64,000 nt of DNA. It comes from a virus. This document shows positions 39,801 to 45,382 of this stretch, in pieces. The stretch's first letter is position 1. Every line of letters begins with the position of its first letter. Location of the stretch: positions 135,478-199,477 of IMG/VR virus record IMGVR_UViG_3300045988_180675; one strand, 5' to 3'. Made by a program: the position numbers and the translations under genes. The notes beneath the pieces are model-generated. The model was not told the DNA's origin. It made no database searches and saw only the letters and a program-made list of their open reading frames with translations.

Positions 39801-40954
39801 TTTAATGGCATGTCTTTAGAATATACATCCCAGCCATCTGATGCAGTAGACAATGAATAAACTGAATAGATCTTAGAGTCTAAAGCGAAGCCCTTTGGAG
39901 CCTTTAACTCCTTGACATAAAGATTGTCACCTGGATTAACTACGACATGGTTTAATACGCCACGACCAGAAGCGTCAGTTGTAATTTCTCCAACCTTATC
40001 TGTTGTTGCTGTAGAATCACGATATACACCGTATACAGCACCTGACATGTCCTGTGCATAGCACTGGTTTCCAGTTGTTAACTCTGCGTTTCCGTTTGTC
40101 TTGTTTACACGAACGTACATTTCCATTGTGCGTGGAGCTGTTTTGATTGTCCAAACACCTGCACAACGCTGATAAGGTACTGTTCCGCCCATATCTAGGT
40201 TCCAACCAGTTGCCTCTTGTCCTGTGTATGGGTTTAAATAACGTGGGACATTAATATTCATTGTTACTGTTCCATCTGGTGCTACAGAAGTGACTGTAGC
40301 TGTAAATGGGTAATATGTCTTATTCCCTGGTTCATACGCTGTTTTGTACGTAATGCCAACATAACCATGTTCTTGACAGTCAACAAACTGAACGCCATTG
40401 ATCTGATCCGCTACTGCAGCAAGAATACCTGTAACATCGTCAATATAGAAACGACTTACACCGATTGGATTCGTATTACTTGTACCAAGAGTACCAGAGA
40501 ATGTATCTCCTACAGCCAATTCATTTACGCTTCCTGTAGAACGTCTGTTTCTTGAGCGTGCTGATAATACAGACCCTTTGATAACAGAGATATAAGCTGT
40601 CTTTTCAGATGTCTTATATTCCATGTCACCCTTGTAACTTTCTTGCGTTCCATCGTTGTTGAATACGGCAATCTGTGTTGCATCAGAAATCTTTAGAGTC
40701 GCACCCTGCTCGATTTCTTTTCGATCGCCATCTTCACTTGTGTAGGTAGTGCCATTTACTGTTACCGTTGCACCCTTTAAATCAAGAATAAACTTGCCTT
40801 CTTGTGCCTTTTCTCCCGTTGCGTTGTAGCCTGTATTTACTTCAGCGTGTGCTGGAGTTGCAGGTACTAACGGAGATAGTGGTAACATCATGACTGCTAA
40901 AGTCAATGCCACTGCCTTTGAAAATGTCTTTTTTACTTTTTTGAAAAAATTCAT
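36899..40954 (-). CDS. multi-domain surface adhesin (1351 aa) with tandem SpaA/Cna-B-like domains
   Basis: Signal peptide (…PATPAHAE) and about ten modules of the form VKKVD..G.PL..[AV].LE[LV]........W.T......I..L.AG.TY.[IL].E..AP.GY. C-terminal ...EIGTGVSTGG plus TM plus KKKH. Confidence 0.8.
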   Translation of the reverse strand: MNFFKKVKKTFSKAVALTLAVMMLPLSPLVPATPAHAEVNTGYNATGEKAQEGKFILDLKGATVTVNGTTYTSEDGDRKEIEQGATLKISDATQIAVFNNDGTQESYKGDMEYKTSEKTAYISVIKGSVLSARSRNRRSTGSVNELAVGDTFSGTLGTSNTNPIGVSRFYIDDVTGILAAVADQINGVQFVDCQEHGYVGITYKTAYEPGNKTYYPFTATVTSVAPDGTVTMNINVPRYLNPYTGQEATGWNLDMGGTVPYQRCAGVWTIKTAPRTMEMYVRVNKTNGNAELTTGNQCYAQDMSGAVYGVYRDSTATTDKVGEITTDASGRGVLNHVVVNPGDNLYVKELKAPKGFALDSKIYSVYSLSTASDGWDVYSKDMPLNDPLRIELNKVSEDGDVINNPASLEGAEFTVKFYAGQYTFDTLPSTPTRQWVIKTLKNGRGEFVTGLSEKYKVSGDDFYLDNSNPTFPLGTVTVEETKAPNGYKLENKVLSAVGDTVEQRNGVALMNIVDDNTVASMNAGNHFTVKEGVLRGEFEGTKLDNETGNVIKGVTEFAVVNKNDFDVVARNDDGDVLGTANAGEELSYRITTKEDGSYSTPKNFLPYGNYELVEKKAPTGYFVNPNPVAFTISEDHKVLEGINVTDESIKREIVKVDEKGNPVANAELELYDITEDPNATTPVHKWTSVAEHGEQVGHLLKAGHMYRIIEKNADKEFYIAQAMDFLVPETKPANDTIQVSFKNEHVRYEFAKIDAATGEKIEGVTFEVYDATTDEKVGEITSSKEPQEVNIFRRGKTYKIIEKEAPVGYYNAKPVEITIDENTPTNLPVNLTIPEDKIDLVVKKVDSDGHPLADVKLEVIDSKTGEVVTSWQTKPDEEHQIGNIVKAGNTYILRETEVVAGHYKSADITFTVDKFKPDQKVTITMVDEDIDIKVKKVDSDGHPLANVKLEVVDKESGEVIQSWQTKPDEEHQIGKKLFAGKTYIIRETEPIDGYYYTTEREVTVDMFHPDKPVTITMIDGAINYKIAKVDERGEYVEGVKLELTDITDKENPVTVELPNNGITTKEPFELKKVLKAEHTYQLVEKESVNGKALSTSMVFQVAKVGTDEPVTITMVDLDNDIQVAKVDNHGTLISGAKLKITNKETGEVVDEFVSDKEMHNVSEKLVGGKTYILSEVEAPKGFEKAKEIEFTATGSSAEKQLVSMTDARKNYFVAIKKVDAADKNKTLTGAEFTLFNADGSVAVDVDGKQCIATTGADGLVSFNVEYKDDLGGYYVQETKAPNGYKLNNNKYVVNPVDDKNFAKENPIQITVENELAPEIGTGVSTGGVIALAFVALAAMTCGAYLLIKKKH
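37890..38445 (-). repeat. two near-identical tandem 279-bp coding repeats (93-aa domains)
   Basis: IDLVVKKVDSDGHPLADVKLEV...WQTKPDEEHQIG... versus IDIKVKKVDSDGHPLANVKLEV...WQTKPDEEHQIG.... DNA similarity is visible at 38120..38150 and 38390..38420. Confidence 0.7.
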
Positions 40955-41099
40955 CTCTTTTCTTCTCCTTTTTCTTTCTGTTGCTTAGCAGTATCGAAAC
41001 AGCAAGATACCATTGCACCGTCATATTGTTGAACAACACAACAAAATAACTCACCAACTGAGGTATGGTTCACCAAAAGGATACTTATCCTTTACAGAA

Positions 41100-41112
41100 G
41101 ATATTATGCTAT
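41100..41112 (-). promoter_or_regulatory. Box-1, one mismatch (gatattatgctat)
   Basis: Lies 145 nt upstream of the adhesin ATG at 40954, implying an unusually long leader. Confidence 0.5.
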
Positions 41113-41147
41113 TTTTCTGAAAAAATAAATATATTTTTAGAAAAAAA

Positions 41148-41342
41148 TTAGCGAAATCTTGTAAGCAACGAAAACCCTGTTGCCCCGATCATGTCTGAAG
41201 CGACAACGAGTAGTGCTACAATGCTAATAATTGTCACAACCGTAAACAACTGTTTCACCACTTCCGAATGCTTCATCCACTTGATTCGCTTGAATTCACT
41301 TCTTACACCCTGTAAAAAAGATGCTTTTTTTATCTTTACCAT
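41148..41342 (-). CDS. SecE-like preprotein translocase subunit paralogue (64 aa)
   Basis: By eye FLQGVRSEFKRIKWMKHSEVVKQLFTVVTIISIVALLVVASDMIG aligns with Bacillus SecE [45 protein letters not shown]. It has a single C-terminal TM, SD AAGGGAG and its own promoter and terminator context. Confidence 0.6.
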   Translation of the reverse strand: MVKIKKASFLQGVRSEFKRIKWMKHSEVVKQLFTVVTIISIVALLVVASDMIGATGFSLLTRFR

Positions 41343-41371
41343 AATTTTTACTCCCTTCTATATACACTATC

Positions 41372-41400
41372 ATTATATCATATACTGTTATATAAGACAA
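41372..41400 (-). promoter_or_regulatory. sigma-A-type promoter TTGTCT-N17-TATAAT (TGa extended -10) with ATACTGTTAT box in the spacer
   Basis: -10 at 41372..41377, -35 at 41395..41400, and the box ATATACTGTTATAT at 41380..41393. Confidence 0.65.
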
Positions 41401-41424
41401 GAATAAAGGAGCGTAAAGCTCCTT
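41399..41424 (-). terminator. terminator after topB
   Basis: Stem aaggagc/gctcctt (41406..41412 / 41418..41424) plus a T-rich tract on the minus strand. Confidence 0.65.
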
Positions 41425-43852
41425 ATTTTTTAAACGCTAGTTTTGTTGTCTTTTGAGTGTAATCAAAGGCTACTTTGGCATCTGACATTGGCGTTCCATC
41501 CTTTTTCTTCAAGTTCTTCAAGAATTCTGTTTCGCCGTTTTCGAATAACTGATCCAGTTCATTTTCTGCCATTCTTCTACCACCGACATACATCCACATG
41601 CTGAAGCCACATGAACAAGAAAACTTTCCGCCTTCCTGTTTTAATTCTTGACTACAAATCGGACAACTGCGTTTTTTGTATACAGCCTTTACAAATTCTA
41701 CTCCATAATTAGCGTCACATCTAAGCTTTTGTGTCCATACAGAGCCATCATTTTTCATTTTCTTTTCTATGACTTTTCCATTTAGAAGATCTAGCATATC
41801 CTGCTCACTGATCTTAGCAGAACAAATTTCTGATATACTTCCTGCCTTGCAGCCACTTTTCCAGTTGGAACAGAAGTATCCTTTTTCACCTACAAGAATA
41901 TCTCCACCACAACTTGGACATTTTGTTAATATTTTTAATTTGCTCTTTCTTTGGAATCCGCCTTCTGAAAGTGGCTTCATTGGACTGTTTTTAAATTCTA
42001 CAATCAGTTTGGCTACAGTATCTTTCATTACTTGTTCAAAGTGTTGTAATGACATTTCACCTTGACGCACTGCCTCAAGTTGTCTTGTCCATTCTGCCGT
42101 CATATCAACATTACAAATATCGAAGTCCTTTAGGTTTTCAATAATCTCCTTGCCTACAGGGGTTGGTTTGATAATGTCCCGTCCTGTTAGCTCCATATAT
42201 TTGTTTCTAGTGATCAGCTCTTCAATAATAGGTGCCCTTGTTGCTGGCGTACCAATTGTAAGATCCTTATCTCTCAATGTTTTATCATTTAAGAACTTAT
42301 TTGGATTTTCGCATGCTTCAATCAGTTTTGCAGTTGAGAATCGCTTCGGCATCGTTGATGTTTTCTCATTGAAACTATAATTACTTACTTGTAACATCTG
42401 CCCTTTATTTAGTTCTGGAATTTCAATATCGGTTGTTGTTTTTCCGAAAACATCCAACCAACCACGTTGCAACAACTTTTTGCCAGTGGATCTAAAAGTA
42501 TTTTCGCTTCCATCTTGTGCAAGAACGCTAGTGATAACAGTCGTTACTTTTTGTTCCATGTTTGGCATGAATATCGAGACAAATTGACGACAGATAGTTT
42601 CATAGATTTCTCTTTCTGGTTTACTTAATGAATTCATGTCTGGCTTATGTGTGGTTGGAACAAGTCCTGAATGTCCTTCCTTCTCCAACTTTTCATCATT
42701 ACACCATTTCTTTGTATGCCGAACACGACCAATCGCTGATGAGTCAATAGACGCTACAAACGGAGCAAGGGAAGGAATGCATGCAACAGAGTTTAATAAT
42801 CCTTCCAAATTTTCGTTACTTCCAATGTATTCACATGATGTTCTTGGATACGATAGCAACTTTTTCTCGTATAGCATCTGTAAATAACGCTGCGTGTCAC
42901 CTGCCGAGTATCCTAGTGAGCCACATGCTACCTGGGCAGATGCAAGATTAAACAATTTCGGTGGTAATGTAGATTTCTTTTCGGTCTTATATTCTATTAC
43001 CTTTGCACTATTTGAAAGAGTTGATACCTTATCTAATGCTTCTTGTTTTGTATCAAACCAAACAACGCCATCTTCTCTATTTTCATCGTCTTCTTTTTGA
43101 CCACTTGAAGCTACAAATAAGGTTCCATCAAAACCCTGTAAATAGTTTGCACTAATTCCGTATACTGTCTTAGGAGTGAAATTTTCAATTTCTTTTTCTC
43201 TATCAACGACAATCTTCAGCATTACAGTTTTAACTCTACCAACACTTACTAACCCATTCATCGTTAAACTTGCCGCTTCAGAAAGGTTCATCCCAAATAG
43301 CCAATCGGCATGCTGTCTTCCATAGGCGGCAGATAAAAGATTTACGAGTCTTGGAGAATTGTTGTCATCCTCTAAATTTTTAAGTGCATGGAAAATGTTT
43401 TCATCTGCAATATTATTGGTCCAGAATCTAAGGATCGGTAAAGTATTTTTTAATTCAGCCAATACGATTCTAATTAGAAGCTCTCCTTCTTGATCTGGGT
43501 CTCCTGCGTTGACGATGAAATCGTAATTTCCAGACTCTATTTCCTGCTTGATTGCCTGAATACGTTCCTTTGCAGTTAAGAAGTTGCCAACCTTCTGTTC
43601 TTCGATCGGTTTGTACTTCCAACCACCAAAGTTTTCTGGATAAATCGGTAATGTTTCCCAATTCCACATCTTTAAAGATTCATCTAATTCATTTGGTTTT
43701 AAAAGCGTAAATAGATGTCCTCGTTGGGCAACGAATCCGTTTAATGTATATGGTAATTCATTTTTATGTGTATAGTAGCTTTCTTTTATCACGCCTAATA
43801 GCGATGGCTTTTCAGCAATAACCAAGCCTCTTTTTCTGTAAAGATCGATCAT
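41423..43852 (-). CDS. topB: DNA topoisomerase III (type IA) with C-terminal zinc ribbons
   Basis: Toprim N-terminus (LVIAEKPS..., GDPDQEGE), active-site region LLSYPRTSCEY, and several C-terminal CxxC...CxxC ribbons. Confidence 0.9.
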   Translation of the reverse strand: MIDLYRKRGLVIAEKPSLLGVIKESYYTHKNELPYTLNGFVAQRGHLFTLLKPNELDESLKMWNWETLPIYPENFGGWKYKPIEEQKVGNFLTAKERIQAIKQEIESGNYDFIVNAGDPDQEGELLIRIVLAELKNTLPILRFWTNNIADENIFHALKNLEDDNNSPRLVNLLSAAYGRQHADWLFGMNLSEAASLTMNGLVSVGRVKTVMLKIVVDREKEIENFTPKTVYGISANYLQGFDGTLFVASSGQKEDDENREDGVVWFDTKQEALDKVSTLSNSAKVIEYKTEKKSTLPPKLFNLASAQVACGSLGYSAGDTQRYLQMLYEKKLLSYPRTSCEYIGSNENLEGLLNSVACIPSLAPFVASIDSSAIGRVRHTKKWCNDEKLEKEGHSGLVPTTHKPDMNSLSKPEREIYETICRQFVSIFMPNMEQKVTTVITSVLAQDGSENTFRSTGKKLLQRGWLDVFGKTTTDIEIPELNKGQMLQVSNYSFNEKTSTMPKRFSTAKLIEACENPNKFLNDKTLRDKDLTIGTPATRAPIIEELITRNKYMELTGRDIIKPTPVGKEIIENLKDFDICNVDMTAEWTRQLEAVRQGEMSLQHFEQVMKDTVAKLIVEFKNSPMKPLSEGGFQRKSKLKILTKCPSCGGDILVGEKGYFCSNWKSGCKAGSISEICSAKISEQDMLDLLNGKVIEKKMKNDGSVWTQKLRCDANYGVEFVKAVYKKRSCPICSQELKQEGGKFSCSCGFSMWMYVGGRRMAENELDQLFENGETEFLKNLKKKDGTPMSDAKVAFDYTQKTTKLAFKK

Positions 43853-43873
43853 ATATATACTCCTTATTCCTTT

Positions 43874-43886
43874 TTTATTATGCTAT
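43874..43886 (-). promoter_or_regulatory. Box-1, one mismatch (tttattatgctat)
   Basis: Lies 21 nt upstream of the topB ATG and immediately after leader terminator 43892..43925. Confidence 0.55.
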
Positions 43887-43891
43887 TTCTG

Positions 43892-43925
43892 CAAAAGAAA
43901 AGCGAACCACCGTAAGATAGTTCGC
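43892..43925 (-). terminator. Rho-independent terminator inside the topB upstream region
   Basis: Stem GCGAAC/GTTCGC (43920..43925 / 43902..43907 read on the minus strand) followed by TTTTCTTTT. Confidence 0.7.
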
Positions 43926-43987
43926 AATCAAAATCAACAGAAAGGGGAGTATGGGTGGTTTTGGGAGATCCCCTTCTGTATGATTAT

Positions 43988-44016
43988 ATCTTATCATAAC
44001 AGTATATTTTAGTCAA
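43988..44016 (-). promoter_or_regulatory. sigma-A-type promoter TTGACT-N17-TAAGAT (TGa extended -10) with ATACTGTTAT box in the spacer
   Basis: -10 at 43988..43993 and -35 at 44011..44016. The box lies within 43994..44007. Divergent from the plus-strand promoter at 44031. Confidence 0.65.
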
Positions 44017-44030
44017 TGGGAAAACCCCTC

Positions 44031-44059
44031 TTGACATTATTTTCTTTAAAGAATATAAT
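44031..44059 (+). promoter_or_regulatory. consensus sigma-A promoter TTGACA-N17-TATAAT
   Basis: TTGACA at 44031..44036, an exact 17-nt spacer, and TATAAT at 44054..44059. It lies 25 nt before the ATG at 44085, with SD AAGAGG. Confidence 0.8.
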
Positions 44060-44084
44060 ATAGATATAGAAAAGAGGTATTGAA

Positions 44085-44327
44085 ATGAATCAAGATGTAT
44101 TAAAGATTGCTTTTGCTATTATGATTACTATTCTTAGTGGCTATATCTGTATTAACGTTTTAACCGCTGAGATCAAGAATTCAAAATCAATTACGATGGC
44201 TGGAACAGAAAATTCTTATTGGAATAAAAATAAGTCACGATCAACAGAAGCAAAGAAAGATAGAATTATGAAGATTGCAATTCTGTTATTCTTAGTCGCT
44301 ACAATTTCTGCAAATATTCTCTTTTAG
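44085..44327 (+). CDS. small membrane protein (80 aa), the only plus-strand gene
   Basis: Two hydrophobic helices flank a basic loop. It has a perfect promoter, an SD and a bidirectional terminator. Confidence 0.65.
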   Translation: MNQDVLKIAFAIMITILSGYICINVLTAEIKNSKSITMAGTENSYWNKNKSRSTEAKKDRIMKIAILLFLVATISANILF

Positions 44328-44330
44328 AAA

Positions 44331-44364
44331 ATAAAAAAAGTAGGGACCAACCTACTTTTTTTTT
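44331..44364. terminator. bidirectional Rho-independent terminator between convergent genes
   Basis: Stem gtagg/cctac (44340..44344 / 44351..44355) flanked by an A-run on one side and a T-run on the other. Confidence 0.7.
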
Positions 44365-44773
44365 ACAATGTACTCAATTTCAATACAAATCCATTGATAA
44401 TGGAAGCGACAGTCTTTGTCTTTTCCTCAATATTTTCTGCAATTAGATCTACAGCCACGCTATAGATTTCTGTTGCACTCTTCATTGTTACCATTGGAAC
44501 GATACCGTGTCCGTATTGAGAAGCAAACAATGCTTCTGTAACGTTTTCGTTAGAATCAAATCGAATATTAGCAATATAAGAGTCTTCTGCCACCTTTTCA
44601 ATATTTGATTCTAAAATCTTCACGCCATGTCCAACACGAAGACGTTGAGTCGTCTCGCACAAAGCAGCAAGGAAAGAGTTGATATTGTCCTCTGTTCCCT
44701 TGATTACAGCTTCGCCCTTAGAGCGAGTTACTGTAACACCAAAATCTAATTCCAATTGTAAATCCTGATTCAT
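44363..44773 (-). CDS. hypothetical protein (136 aa)
   Basis: SD GGGGGA. Last gene of a three-gene unit. No family recognised. Confidence 0.65.
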   Translation of the reverse strand: MNQDLQLELDFGVTVTRSKGEAVIKGTEDNINSFLAALCETTQRLRVGHGVKILESNIEKVAEDSYIANIRFDSNENVTEALFASQYGHGIVPMVTMKSATEIYSVAVDLIAENIEEKTKTVASIINGFVLKLSTL

Positions 44774-44774
44774 T

Positions 44775-44975
44775 TTAATTTTCCCCCTTGGCTTCTAAAG
44801 CCTTTTCTTTACTGAATCTTTCTTTTTCTGTATTTTTAACAATTGAAGCCACAAAAGCGGCAATACCTAGTGCTACTGCAATTATTGCTAGTAACAATAG
44901 ACCAGAGAATAATGCAACAACAAGATTTGTTACAATACCCCACAAAGAACCAAAAAACGTAAATACTAAAGTCAT
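44775..44975 (-). CDS. small single-pass/hairpin membrane protein (66 aa)
   Basis: SD AGGAGG and a roughly 45-aa hydrophobic core. Confidence 0.6.
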   Translation of the reverse strand: MTLVFTFFGSLWGIVTNLVVALFSGLLLLAIIAVALGIAAFVASIVKNTEKERFSKEKALEAKGEN

Positions 44976-45011
44976 TTTTATTTTCCTCCTATAATGTAAA
45001 ACGACTAACCG

Positions 45012-45287
45012 CTATGCGATCTTGGAGACTTTGTAGGTCGCAAAACCTACGAAGTATCTCTCAACATCTTCTAGTGATAGTTCCTTACCACGCATTTCTG
45101 CTGGAAGGTTCATATCGACAGAAGTGATCGTATTGGCGAGTGCTGCCAAGTGTAAAGGTAAGACTCCGTAGATGTCTTTTCCCTTTACAGTCTCAGCATC
45201 GGCATGGCTCACCACCATGTCGAATTCGAGTCCCTGCTTCTGCAAGAACTCTACGAGAGCCTCGTGACGTGTAATCAAAATCTTCAT
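45012..45287 (-). CDS. Csx16-family (VVA1548-like) small protein, orphan (no CRISPR locus nearby)
   Basis: 91 aa. The pattern MKILITRHEA...GVLPLHLAA...LPAEMRGKELSLEDV matches my recollection of the Csx16/TIGR02620 family (ITRH.GA...G.LP..LAA...P.E.RG.EL). Not verified by search. Confidence 0.55.
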   Translation of the reverse strand: MKILITRHEALVEFLQKQGLEFDMVVSHADAETVKGKDIYGVLPLHLAALANTITSVDMNLPAEMRGKELSLEDVERYFVGFATYKVSKIA

Positions 45288-45354
45288 ATCATTTTCCTCC
45301 TTAGCCTATCAGCTTTATCCATGATCATCAAATAATTACAATTGTATTATGCAA
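45288..45354 (-). promoter_or_regulatory. class-2 conserved leader, copy C (shorter)
   Basis: The core at 45316..45354 (tatccatgatcatcaaataattacaattgtattatgcaag) is related to copies A and B. A hairpin agct-gata-ggct (reverse complement of 45303..45314) abuts the SD. Confidence 0.55.
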
Positions 45355-45382
45355 GAAATAAGAAATTAAAAAAAAGAAGAGA

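Noticed and set aside
39900-40560. A possible internal thioester (TIE-type) domain at the N-terminus of the 1351-aa adhesin (Cys in FVDCQEHG, Gln in VPYQRCAGVW).
   Set aside because: The Cys-Gln spacing (about 70 residues) and the motif around the Gln do not fit the [NT]Q..[IV]W pattern and the spacing I recall for thioester domains. It cannot be supported without structure or profile analysis.
40842-41057. A 71-aa minus-strand ORF overlapping the start of the 1351-aa adhesin gene and its leader.
   Set aside because: It has no SD, overlaps the well-supported adhesin start and signal peptide in another frame, and has an implausible sequence.
41077-41094. A terminator-like hairpin AAAGGAT-AAGT-ATCCTTT in the long leader of the 1351-aa adhesin gene.
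   Set aside because: The stem has only 7 bp and is mostly A-T, and there is no separate U-tract. This is too weak to call an attenuator from sequence alone.
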